A stretch of 64,000 bases of DNA from Leptogorgia sarmentosa (taxonomy: Eukaryota): NCBI GenBank assembly GCA_964658305.1, contig OZ210885.1, forward strand, positions 24,676,001 to 24,740,000, given 5' to 3'. A program made the translations under genes and the position numbers. The notes beneath the pieces are model-generated. The model was not told where the DNA came from and made no database searches. It saw only the letters and a list, made by a program, of their open reading frames with translations. Positions 50,296-62,600 of the stretch are shown in pieces. How positions within the stretch are numbered: position 1 is the stretch's first letter; every line of letters starts with the position of its first letter.

Positions 50296-51063
50296 TACAA
50301 CCTTCCATCCTACCATAACATTCAACCCCATCCACCATCAAACTCCATGGTGTCACCCATCAATCCACAACCTCAATGAGGACACAGCTATTTCAACCAC
50401 AGTCCAGGATCCGAATACAGTGGCGTAACTACTAAGGGCCCAACCTGGCCGAAGCCGGGGGCCCTAGGAAAGAAACTTCTTAGGGGGGCCCTTGGCTAAT
50501 ATCAAATTCAAATAATACAAATATTGTATTTCATGAGTTCGAAAATACGATTTGTCTTGGTTGCAAAACAACTCTATATAACACCAATGTTCAATTGCTA
50601 CTATTGTCTGTACTATAATGTCGACGTTATGCGAAAGAATACAAAATAGACGAAGAAAGGAATTTTTAAAATCTAAAGTGGAAGCATTGTTTATAAGATT
50701 CATGGATATGATTTTATATTACAATTATTTTAATGCACCTCACCTCGTGTTTCCTCGTGTTATAACTTGCCTACGAACTAATCGAAGGATGAAAGGTATG
50801 AACTATTTATCTTTTTGAAATTTTGACTTAGTTTTTAAAATTTGAAATTGACAAATATAACATATCGTCTAAAATGTAGTAAACACCTAACTGTATGATT
50901 GTTTTAAGGAAGAAAATTTATAGAAAATGTTTTGGCTCTTAATTTGAAAGGCTGTTTATTTTAGCCGTCTGGCTAAAAAGTACATTACATAAGGAAGTAG
51001 GTGTTCCGCTTTTTTTGAGAAATAAGGTAGAGGTTTTGACGTTTTGTGTTTTGCCCTAGAAAC

Positions 51064-54000
51064 ATGTCTTCATCTGCTGCTCTCTCTGGAGCTGCAAAAA
51101 GAAAGAAGAGAAAACTGCAGGCCCAACGCAACGAAGCGGAACAAAAGAAAATCCCTAAAATTTCAAATTTTTTACTGTGTGTTCGCCCAGCACCTGATCA
51201 TGATTCTACCAACGATTTGGATCTTCTATTAGATGATGAACAAGGTAAACTGACTTAGCTGAGAATGAAAGACGGAAAGTTAATATCCATTTTTCGGTCT
51301 TCCACCCTGGACTTCCTATAGCATCCCACATACATATAAGATTTTTGTATAAGGTTATCTCGACTAAATATGGTTATAAACTAGGAGTTACTATCGCAAG
51401 AAAACTGCTGCCGTAGCGCACAAACTTTAAAATCCCGGCTGTGTTGTAGAATACCCGTCCACTTTTGAAACAGTGACATGCTATCGTGATACGAAATCAA
51501 AAAAATCACGCATGTAATATATGATATATCCGAGTTTTTAAAAAGCCTGGGCATGATACATTTTTTTATTACGATCACAGGAAGTGAAATGTGATATACC
51601 CGAGTGTTCAGAAAGCACGCGTTTGACAGCCTTCGTGATACGATTGTACAAAGTGATTAAGTTTACCACGTTTATGTCTCGTTCGTTAAAAGACAATCGC
51701 AAGTTCAACATAACAATTCAAAATGCGATTCGATACGCATATTGTGTTTATGTCTCATACAGCACGCTAGTTAGGGTGAAGGTTTACTGTTACGGTTAGT
51801 GTTCACTATACTATTAGTAATGGTATAGTAAACACTAACCTTAACAGTGTGTCTATTAGGGCTAGCAATATATAGTTGGATAGCAATATGTCTGCGAGAC
51901 TGCGTGCGCAGGTACAATAATATGGTTTGATTCCTCCACATTCAAAAAATTGTACTGTTCCCCAGAATTACGACAATCGGAAGAAAGGACAGACACCAGG
52001 GGCCGGTTGTATCAAAGGCGTCAAGCTTAAGCGCTGGATAAGTCGAAAATATCCAACGAAATTATGAAGTATTGACTACAAGGAGACTAAACTTTTCTGT
52101 GTAAACATAACAACTATGCATAGAGATAGAACTACGAGCAATTATTTACAAAATGAATAGAAGTGTTTTTAAAATTTTGCTTATCCACCGTGCTAAACGT
52201 CTTTGATACAACCGACCGAACGCGAGCACATGGATTATGGAATCGATGAGCAAAAACATGCGCGCACCACAAATTATTGTTTGACCGCACCCCTCATTTT
52301 CTAAAATGACCTGGAGATTGCGAAATTCCCCCGGAAAATTATCATCCGGACAGACACAAATCGAGATTTCGACTATACATAGTTCCGCGCAAAAGACTGG
52401 GTCGAGTGAACTCTGGGGAATCCTTGTGACGTCAAGAATAGTGTGCTGCCTCGCTGGCGCTCGGCAGCAATAATCTTTCTCACTTCTAATCATTCTAATG
52501 CAGAATGTTCTACCAATCGTATATCATCAAGTGAAACAATGTCAGATGGCCCTTTAAGATCTTTGGCTGATGGTTTTCAGTCAAATGCAGAATACCTGAA
52601 TGAAAGTGTGGGACAAGTTGACGATCCAAGAGCGGAACACTCTCTTTCTTGTTTGCCACATGCTGATCTCAACCAGACAACTAATAAAGGTGTGCATAAT
52701 AATCTCAATTGTACCCTGACTATACGTATGGCTGTAACAGGCTGTTTCATAATTGCATAAAAAAAATTTATTTCCCGTGTATTTCACAAGCATTTGTCAC
52801 TTCAGAAAGCAACGCTTCTGATATTGAAGATTTTAATCCTATGGCAGAATTTCCCACCGACAGAGGACATTTTAAGGAAGAATTATCAAGTGACCTTATT
52901 ACTATGCTATCCAAATTTGGAAGTTGTCAACCAAAAGGCATAGTAATGACTGCAAAGGGCAAAGAAATTCATCCTACTGTTTATTATCATAGGTACACTG
53001 TAATGTATACTATTATGTAAAGCCTGTTCTAATTACAGAAAGCTACGTTACTTATTGTATATTGTTAATTTGTTAATCAGCTTTCCAGTACTTTGTCTTT
53101 GTTTTTTTAAAATGTATGAAACGCCCAAGCACAATCTGATTATAGTTTCACCTATAACTGTGCTTATTTGTTTTATTTTTTTTAATTCATTTAGAAAGAT
53201 GAAATTTTTTAAAATTAAACGGGACTGGTTAGCCTTTTCAAATATCCAGGGTACCATTTATTGTCATTCATGTTGGTTATTTGGTCATAAAGCGGCTAGG
53301 AACATGAGATGTCCTTGGATTGATGGTTTTGTTCCGGATGTAAAGCACCTTAAGCAACAAATTAGATCCATGACGAAAGCGAAGCTCATAAAGAAGCAGC
53401 GAAGGCCCAAGCGAGGTATTTCTAATGCCTGTCTTTCAATCGTATATTCAGAAAAAAACTGTTTCTATTTCAATTTCAATTCTAGATGCAAGCAGGGTAA
53501 GGGCATTCATTTGATTGGCGCAGATGGAATAGCTAAAGCGACCAATTTTTGGAGGGAAGTGTTAAGAAGGATAATTACTAAAGCATTATCGAAAACGGTC
53601 ATTGCTTACCTTGTTCAACTTGGTGTAGATCCTTTGAAGATAAGGGGCCAAGGCTATGACGGCGCAAGTGTCATGTCAGGCGATAAAGGAGGCGTTAACG
53701 TCTACATCTCACGTCATTTGGAACAGAACGGTGTTTTATCTCCTGCACCTTTTGTTCATTGTGCAAGTCATAATCTTAATTTAGTGGTGAATGATGCTGT
53801 CGAGTCCAACGTTTTAAGTGTCAGCTTTTTCGGTGTACTTGCAGAAACATTTAGTTTTTTTAACAGAAGCATCAACAGATCCGCAGATTTTAGGAATGCG
53901 CTGACGTTGAAGATAAAGATAACCCATTATCTCTTAAAAAGCTTTGCACTACCAGATGGTCATCTAGAATAGAAAGTGTACGAGCAATAAAAAACAGACT

Positions 54001-54998
54001 ATCTGACATTCTCAACCTTCTGAAGCAATATAGTAAAGGACGTGAAAGCAAAGAAAAGTCTGAGGCTAGTGATCTGCTCAAGAAAATAAACACTTTGGAG
54101 TTTCTTCTTTCACTTATCATCTGGGAAAAAATACTGACGGCAATTAATCTTGCATCTAAAGATCTGCAAGCATTTGATATGGATCTTGGCAAATCATCAT
54201 CCGAATTAGGAAGGGCACTAAATTCAATTAAAGAAATGAGAGGCCAATGGAGAAAGATTTTAAAAGAAGCCACTATCCTATATCCTAGCTCTTAAATTTG
54301 GATTTCCTGTTACTTTTGTTGAAAAAAGAACAAGAAGGGTTCCCAGATTCTTTGACGAGGAAGCCACAGACGAGCCTATCATTAACGCAGAAACAAAATT
54401 CCGTGTGGAACTGTTCTTTCCAATAATTGATACTATTACTTTAAAGCTCGAAGAACGTTTCAAAGGCCAGCATTTTGTTGCCAAAACTTTCAATTTTCTG
54501 TCTCCGAAGAATTTATTGAAAATGACATCGGAAGAAATTCATAAAGCAGCCAAAGATTTTGTTGAAATTTATCAATTCGATATGTGTTCCAAATCTGATC
54601 AGACACAAGATTATTACACAGATCTTAGTGAAGAAATTCTGTCCTACAGACTATGTTTTCAAGAAGATCTCGTCGAAATGGAAGATGGCAAGAGAATAAG
54701 AAGTGCAGCTGACGTACTGAAGCATCTTTGCGAAAACGAAATGACCAGCTCTTATTCCAAGTTGGTATCAGCAATAGTTCTTTTTCTTACTCTGCCCGTT
54801 ACTGTTGCCACTGCTGAGCGATCATTTAGTAAACTTAAGATTATAAAGAACTATTTAAGATCCACAATGGCACAGGAAAGATTGAACGCACTTGCTATTA
54901 TTTCTATTGAAGTTGAAGAGGCAAAAAAGCTTGATATTGACAAAATGATTGATATCTTTGCAGACAAAAAGGCCAGATCAAATAAATTTAACATTTAG
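51064..54998 (+). pseudogene. ZMYM1-like hAT transposase, spliced, frameshifted and internally deleted
   Basis: LSGAAKRKKR, RDWLAFS..IYCHSCWLF, RGQGYDGASVMSG, FVHCASHNLNL, TLPVTVATAERSFSKLKIIKNYLRSTM. The segment carrying the first catalytic Asp appears to be missing between REVLRRII and KALSKTV. Confidence 0.85.
52000..52217. mobile_element. Harbinger-type MITE related to 41310-41548
   Basis: GGGCCGGTTGTATCAAAG...CTTTGATACAACCGACC, with shared TGGATAAG / CTTATCCA motifs. Confidence 0.65.
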
Positions 54999-55379
54999 TT
55001 GAAACATTTTGGTTGCAATTTAAATTGTGTTTGCTTGCACCTTGTCAGTATATTAATTGTTAGGAACTATAAGTCTAACGCTTGTTGTTATTGTTGCTGT
55101 TTTTTAAGCAATATTAAACGGAGCTTTTTTTGCTGTGCTGGGTATAATTGATGTAGTAGATGATATGTTAAGTAGCTATAATATATTCTCGCAATTTTGC
55201 AGAATTCAGCAAAATATTTATAGGATTGGTGTTCCTCGTGTTAATAGCATGGTAAGATCGTTTTGGGGACGAGGTATAATTAAGGGGCCCTCCACACTAC
55301 TTTAACCGGGGGCCCATTGCTGAAGATTTACGCCACTGTCCGAATACCTGCATAAAAAACACTGTATTATTTAACAACC

Positions 55380-56802
55380 GCCACAAAACGAAGCACAAAG
55401 TTAGATGATATTAGAAAGGAAATGAAAAATGATTCCAAGGGTGTTGATGCGTTGTGCTCGACACGATGGACAGTTCGTGGTGAATCTCTTGAATCTATTT
55501 TGAACAATTATGATGAACTAATGGAACTATGGGACTGGTCACTCAAAAACCTACACGACACTCAAATGAAAGCAAGGATTGGAGGTGTCAAAGCAGCAAT
55601 GCCAAAATTCGACTATCTTTACTCCTCTCTACTGGCAATAATGTTTCTAAAGCAAACAGATAACTTGAGCAGAACACTTCAGAACCCCAAGATATCAGCA
55701 GCGGAAGGTAATGAAATAGCCCAGGATGTCATCAAATGTATATCAAAAGATCGCAATGACGAATCATTCAACTTGTTCTGGGAATATACCTTAAAAAAGA
55801 AAGACCTGCTTCACATTGATAGCCCCGAACTTCCGCGAAAACGAAGAGTACCCAAAAGATACGACAATGGCAACAGTGATGACCACTTCTAAAGCCAACA
55901 GCAGAGTCAATGAATTATGAGTTACAAAAATTCACAGTTCACGATTTGATAAAGTTTTTGCAGGGCCTTAGTCATTCCAGAAAAATAGCGATGTCTGAAA
56001 TTATCAAAGCGGCGAAGATCCTCCTTGTATTGCCAGCCACTAATGCGTCCAGCGAAAGATCATTCTCAGCATTGAAACGAGTTAAGACTTATTTGAGATC
56101 AAGCACAACTGACCATTGACTGAATCATCTCCTGACGCTTCATGTCCACCAAGACAAAGTGGATGATATGAATATAATAGGTGTTGCTAATGACTTCGTT
56201 GAGAGAAATGGAGAAAACAGATTTTTGGCCATTTCACCGAAAGAGACACATGCACGAAGCTATCTTTCTCTCATAAGAGCACGCAGACAGACTAAATGCA
56301 TGGTAGAACATCTAATATAAGTTAGCTATCCAGACAAAATGTACTACTCGCTGTAGTTCAGTACACTTTGAACGAATAAATTACACTTCTATTTGTTCCC
56401 ATCATATACTATTGCAAGTCTATTGCATCTCATATCAACAGAAATCAAATAGAAGGAAAGTTTGCAGATTGTAGTTTTTTTATGTTATAATTCATTACGT
56501 AAATAGCTGCTATAAAAATGTAATTTATAAAGATAAAATTCATATATCATAATCTCATACTAATTCAACTATTTGGTTTGGGTAAAGGTTTGGGTCTAAT
56601 GCGACTAGTTCCGTCTTAGTTGATGTACTTTGTAATCTTCAGAATTCTGAAAAATGTACGGAAATCGTAATCTCGGGGGTTCCACATTTCAAAATTTTCT
56701 ACGGGGGGTATACCCCCTAGCAGCGCGAACCCCTTCTGCATTCGCCTAGTGCTGAGGCTTCTGGCGAGCCCCCCCCAATGTATATTAGCTTCCGACGGCC
56801 TT
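55380..56802 (+). mobile_element. 5'-truncated hAT element: transposase C-terminal fragments plus a probable right end
   Basis: LCSTRWTVR, TDNLSRTLQ, LPATNASSERSFSALKRVKTYLRS. End motif CTTCCGACGGCCTTG at about 56788-56802. Confidence 0.75.
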
Positions 56803-56829
56803 GAGGAATATGTGTTGTTCACATGGGTG

Positions 56830-57500
56830 TTTGAAATGGCATATTCTGACCAAATGGAACATTACAACCTCAAAGACTGATTCTGGCATTTCAACACAAC
56901 TTGCACTGTAATCAGACTTATTACAATGGCATGACGGGTTTGAAATAGCCTGGTTTTAATGGTGTTAGGAAAAGCAAATCACCGAATTTTCTCACTCTAG
57001 ATAAGGCGACATATATCCAATGCCTTTTGGAATGTTGTCAATGTCAAACCACAAAATAGCTCTGGCTAGGGTTTGACCTTGTGTTTTAGACATTGTTGTT
57101 GCATAGCCACCAACTCGAAATGGATAACATGTTTTTTGTGCTGTGGGTGTGTGAACAGTGACTGGGTAGGTTGCTACTAATATGTTACCGGGCAGTTTCA
57201 ATATAATAGTGGAATTCTGACGCATTTCCACTGTTGCAATTTGGCCATTGACGACATTGTTAGTTTTGTCTCGGTTCTTGGTTATCATCACTCTCATGCC
57301 TTCTGTTTCACTGTTGAGTTAACAAAGGGCAATTGGGGTATCGTTTGCAAAAACACTGGATGAAATAAGATCATTGAAATAATTTGCTGCGTTGTTAGTG
57401 AAAGTTAAAATGGTAGTCAGTGGGTTCTGTTCAAATGCCTGAATCAATCTTTGAGGTTCTAATGTACCATCTGGGCAAAGTACCTGCCCTTCTTGACTGC
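56830..57500 (-). pseudogene. PIF1-family helicase C-terminal fragment, distinct from the one at 43116
   Basis: TILTFTNNAA, GMRVMITKNRDK..VVNGQ, CYPF..YATTMSKTQGQTL, with frameshifts. Confidence 0.7.
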
Positions 57501-57505
57501 AGAGT

Positions 57506-57813
57506 TAGGTTAAGGATTGGGTTAGGATTATGTCGAGGGTGTGTTTAGGGGTTAGGGTGGAATTGGTTAGGGTCAGATTAAGGATTGGGTTGGGGTTATG
57601 TCGAGGGTGTGTTTAGGGGTTAGGGTGGAATTGGTTAGGGTCAGATTAAGGATTGGGTTGGGGTTATGTCGAGGGTGTGTTTGAGGGTTAGGGTGGAATG
57701 GGTTAGGGTCAGATTAAGGATTGGGTTGGGGTTATGTTGAGGGTGTCCTGAAGGGTTCGGATTTGATTGGTTAGGGTCAGATTAAGGATTGGGTTTGGGT
57801 GAGGACAGGGGTC
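57506..57813 (-). repeat. 68-bp TTAGGG-containing minisatellite, about 4 units
   Basis: Unit gtgtttaggggttagggtggaattggttagggtcagattaaggattgggttggggttatgtcgagggt starts at 57541 and again at 57609. Confidence 0.92.
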
Positions 57814-57823
57814 AGTAAATATA

Positions 57824-58838
57824 AAGTAAATTAGAAACATGTTGACCCTACTTGGTTCGATCTCTTGGGACGGAGGTTGATCCTCCCAAGCCCCCGAGGC
57901 AGAAGCCTCGCCTTTCGCAGTCTTGGCAGCCCAGAGTACGGAAAATCTTTGCGCGTGTTTGCTTGCCGCGCTGCATGTAAATGACGTGTGGAGGGACGCA
58001 CCGCCCGAGGCGGCGGAGGGCCCGGGGTCGGGCCCACCGCAACAGTGGAACTGAAAAACTTATAAGGCAGTTGAGGGACCGACTCTGCGTGCTAAGGGTG
58101 TTTTTAAGGGTTCGGATTTGATGGTTAGGGTCAGATTGAGGATTGGGTTGGGGTTATGTTGAGGGTGTGTTTGAGGGTTAGGGTGGAATTGGTTAGGGTC
58201 AGATTAAGGATTGGGTTGGGGTTATGTCGAGGGTGTGTTTATGTCGAGGGTGTGTTTAGGGGTTAGGGTGGAATTGGTTAGGGTCAGGTTAAGGATTGGG
58301 TTGGGGTTATGTCGAGGGTGTGTTTAAGGGTTAGGGTGGAATTGGTTAGGGTCAGATTAAGGATTGGGTTGGGGTTATGTCGAGGGTGTGTTTAGGGGTT
58401 AGGGTGGAATTGGTTAGGGTCAGATTAAGGATTGGGTTGGGGTTATGTTGAGGGTGTCCTGAAGGGTTTGGATTTGATTGGTTAGGGTCAGATTAAGGAT
58501 TGGGTTTGGGTGAGGACAGGGGTCCATTTAGGTTGGAGGTGGTTAGGGTCAGGTTTAGGGTTTGGGTTAGATTTCGATTGAGGGGATCGGTGGTAGTTGT
58601 ATTGTGTGGTGCTTCCTCTTGGAACGATCATGGGGCGTAGAAGGAAAAGGGGAAGTTGGAGTTGTGCAAGTGGAAGCAGGCGTGATGATGGTCTAAGGGT
58701 TTAGGTGCAGGATTTGGATGGGGGTTGGCTTTAAGGTGTAGTTTTATGACTTGGGATGGATCGGTTGGGGTCAGGATTGGGTTTTGGGAAAGGTGTGATT
58801 TGATTTGGACACATTTATCCGATTGATCGTGGTTGTTG
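57824..58838 (-). repeat. Right (inverted) copy of the 49017-49811 block, with about 6 units of the 68-bp repeat
   Basis: Reverse complement match to 49017-49811, apart from repeat copy number and a few SNPs. Confidence 0.92.
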
Positions 58839-59434
58839 ATGCAACTATCAGAACAATTAAGGGTTAATTTCTAAATTTCCAAATTTCTACATCCTATGAA
58901 CAGTGGGAAGGCACCCACATCCAGATTCACACAAGCACACAGCATGCATTATCACTATGTGGGATTTCCCACCACACACACACAATGTTTAACACAAACC
59001 TCTCTCACACAAGATATTGAAATGATCCAACACATAATCTAGTACTACACCTGCACGTACCAGTATTGTACATATCAAAACCTTATTTTAGATATTTAAA
59101 CACTATATACTAAGTAATCAATAACACAAAAGATCAATAGAACAATATAATAAAATAACAAACGATTCTCACCCAATGTTTAACCTCCACACGCCATGCG
59201 ATCCAATCGAAACATCATCACACATAATGTGCGAACGATTTAAGATAAATACGGGACATTATTGACAGTGACGTAATCGCCAAAAAGTGCGAACACATGT
59301 TTTGATAGGGACGAGAACAATATGGCGGTTGTTTATATTTAAAGTTTATATTGTATGAGTTGTATTTTTACTTATTAAAGGATTTATTGTTTATCACTGA
59401 ACCAGCAACTTAATGTAGCATCGACTCTACATTT

Positions 59435-59451
59435 TGGTCCTTCGAGCCGGA
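59435..59451 (+). promoter_or_regulatory. Primer-binding site, complementary to a tRNA-Tyr-like 3' end
   Basis: TGGTCCTTCGAGCCGGA lies 3 nt after the LTR-terminal CA. Confidence 0.75.
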
Positions 59452-59651
59452 TCTAGAAACGAAATACGGATATATTCGAGCACAGTTCGGACGGAATTGT
59501 GTTGTATTATTTTATCGAGAACAGTCATTCGAACTTGCTACTAAGGACGCATTTATTGGCGGCGCAAGGATATTAGCCATATATAAGATTGGAGAATTGG
59601 TATGTACATTTAGTATCGTTTCGAAGTATGGGGAATTGTATTGTGTTAAAA

Positions 59652-62600
59652 ATGAGCGACGGAGAAATGACAACGGAGGTGCAAAACACGAAAGATTCGC
59701 AAAGGGACGTGAAACTTATTATTGTAGATACAAAAAAGAGTAAAAGAAGCACTAAATCGTTACTGACACGTTTGCTAACGCAACTGGTTGGTTTGCTCTC
59801 GGTACCAGAGGACATTGAGCATAATCGGCAGCACGTTTATGAGTTACTACAACGAATTGACGAACAACAACAAGTGGTATTGGAGATTTTGGATGATCTT
59901 GAGACAGCATTTCGAAAAATGGATGATAGTGTCAATGCAGCAAAGACAATGGACGAAGCGGACAAAATAGAGCAACAGGTGGAAGGTGAAACTGTGGTAG
60001 CTAGGCAGCTCTTAGCATCGCTTGCTAAGAAACAAGTGTTGATGAACAGTGTCAAAAGCACACCAGCAGCGGTGGACCTAGAAAGTGCACAAGGAAATCA
60101 CATGGCTCAAGAAATTGTGGAAGAAGACGAGGATAACAGCAAAGAGGTTAGTCCATCCAATAACGAATTACCTGAAAATGACTCTGGAAATTCCCCGGAG
60201 AATGACAATAACCCATCGAGCAGTGTAGTTGATAATGGTCTAGAAAATCCTGTAGTACCCGGAAACGTTAGTGGTGAGTCTATCCAACAGGGCGTGGGTT
60301 CCCCACTGGAATCAGTAAACCCCCCAGCAGATTCTTCGAATGTCCCACCACCAGAATTGCATAACCCTAACCTATACCCAATCAGTTCGAGTCTTCTTCC
60401 ACGGTTGTCAGGAAATTCACCACCAGGATTGCATGTAAACTTGCCAAACGTGGACCCTACCTCATCGAACACACTTACCACAGCAACAGATTCGAGTGCC
60501 ACCCTACAGAATAGAAATATTTCCCGGGATGGAACACATAACTTGGAAAGAATCCGCATTCCAGTGTTTACAGGGGACAAAATGAAATATCGGCAGTGGG
60601 ATGCAGCTTTCACAAGTTGTGTTGACCAAGCACCATTAACGGCACAATTCAAGATGCTTCGGTTGGAATCATGTTTGAGGGGAGAAGCGGCTGAAACCAT
60701 CAAAGGTCTGGGTTATTCCAAGGAGGCATATGATGCTGCAAGAGCTCGGTTAGCAAGGAAATACGGCGGAAGTCGGCGACAGGTGCAAAGCCATTTAGAG
60801 GAACTAAAAAAGCTTAAACCATTGCAAGAAGGGAATGCAAAAGACCTAGAGACATTTGCAGACGTGTTAGAACGGGCGGTTATCTGTCTTAAAGAAAACG
60901 GACGTCAAACGGACCTCGATGCAGGAACATTGTACACAATCATTTTGGAAAAAATACCAGAGCGACGTTGTCACAATATTATCGCTGGCTACGAGAACAC
61001 CTGCGACACGAATGTATGGAAACTCTCAAAGACTGGATTGGCCAGGAAGCGGAATATCAAGTCCAAGCTGCTGAAATCAAACATGGATTTCCGAAGCTTC
61101 GTCAAGATAAATTTACTGGACATGATACGAGAGGAGGACGGTCATATCATGGCAAGCGGGTTGACGATGGCGACAAGAGGAATAAGAAGTGTATAGTGTG
61201 TGGAGAGACTCATCCAATTTGGAGGTGCTCGGCATTTAAAGCGAAGGCGGCGGATGAGAAATGGCGTCTGGCAAAGAAATTTGGATTGTGTTATAGATGT
61301 TTGGGTGACGACCATTTGGGAAATACATGTACGAGAAGCAAAAGCTGCAACATCGGAGGTTGCAGGGAGAGTCATCATTATTTGTTGCATCGAGAAAGAT
61401 CTTCCTTACCAAGGGCGGAGACTAAGGAGGAAAAGAGCAAGGCCGGTGATAAGGAAGACAACGGGAGCGGTTATGATACGGAGGGGGATCGACAGGCAAA
61501 GTCTTATGGAGCAACACAAGGGCAAGATACGAAATTCATTGCATTGAGGACAGTACCAGTAATCTTGAAGAACGGTGACAAGAAGATTCACGTAAACTGT
61601 CTTCTGGATGAAGGCAGCGACATGACCTACGTAAATGAGGATGTCGTTGAGGCTCTTGGTTTGAGTGGTTCGAAAACAAAGATCGAAGTTAAAGTTGCAA
61701 ATGACGAAACTGTTAGTTTTATGTCGTCAACATTCCAGATAGGACTCGAGAGTATGGATGGTTGAGTGGACACAGAGATAAGAGCACAGACTTCAAAAAA
61801 GATTTGTGGAAGAATGAAGCCAGTCAACTGGATAAAAAGGAAGCACAACTGGGAACATTTGGCCAAGATTCACTTCCCCAGATTAGCACCAGGAAGATCG
61901 ATAGACATTCTCTTAGGGGCGGATCACCACGAGCTCATGTATTCCATGAAAGAAATACCAGGAAAATCGGATCAACCTTCAGCTAGACTCTGTCCATTGG
62001 GGTGGACGGCCGTTGGGAAAGTGCAGGAGACAGCACGGATGGAGCAGCACCATACCACCTTTCATCATTCCTACAGAACAAGTCAGGAGAGTATAGCAGT
62101 CGGAAGCCAACAGGATGAAGACCATAGTTTGAATGATATGTTGAAGCGGTTTTGGGATTTAGAGAGTATTGATATTGCTCCTGTTAACTCGTACCGCTGA
62201 GATGTCGCCTAATGAAAAACTGGCGTGGCGAAAGGTCAGCGAGTCCATGACGTTTAAGGATGGTTATTATGAGGTGGCAGTTCCGTGGAAGAAGCAAAGA
62301 CCTAGTTTACCGAACAACGCGGAATTGGCAAAGAGATGACTGAAATCGACCGAGAGAAAATTAGCCAAAGATCCCGAAGTAGCAGCTGCCTATCAACGTG
62401 TGATCAACGAGTACTTGGCGAAGAACTACATCCGTAAAGTACCTCCTCACGAGCCAAAACCAGAATGCGAGTGGTTGCTGCCTCATTTTCCAGTGGTTCG
62501 CCCAGACAAGGAAACCACCAAAGTTAGAATCGTGTTCGACGGATCAGCAACGTGTGAAGGAAAAAGCCTTAATACGGAAGCGTTGACGGGACCGAAACTG

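Larger units (their letters stand above)
50418..55338 (+). mobile_element. hAT transposon (defective)
   Basis: TIRs CAGTGGCGTAA / TTACGCCACTG. 8-bp TSD TCCGAATA at 50410-50417 and 55339-55346. Confidence 0.92.

Noticed and set aside
57506..58510. 68-bp repeats as a CRISPR array or a true telomere
   Set aside because: The units are head-to-tail with no unique spacers and no cas genes. TTAGGG is embedded in a longer unit rather than forming a pure array, and sequence continues on both sides.
49017..58838. A single composite transposon bounded by the 0.8-kb inverted repeats
   Set aside because: There is no TSD at the outer edges (gaacccac versus atgcaact). The left copy continues into similar-composition sequence, and the internal transposases belong to separate hAT elements.
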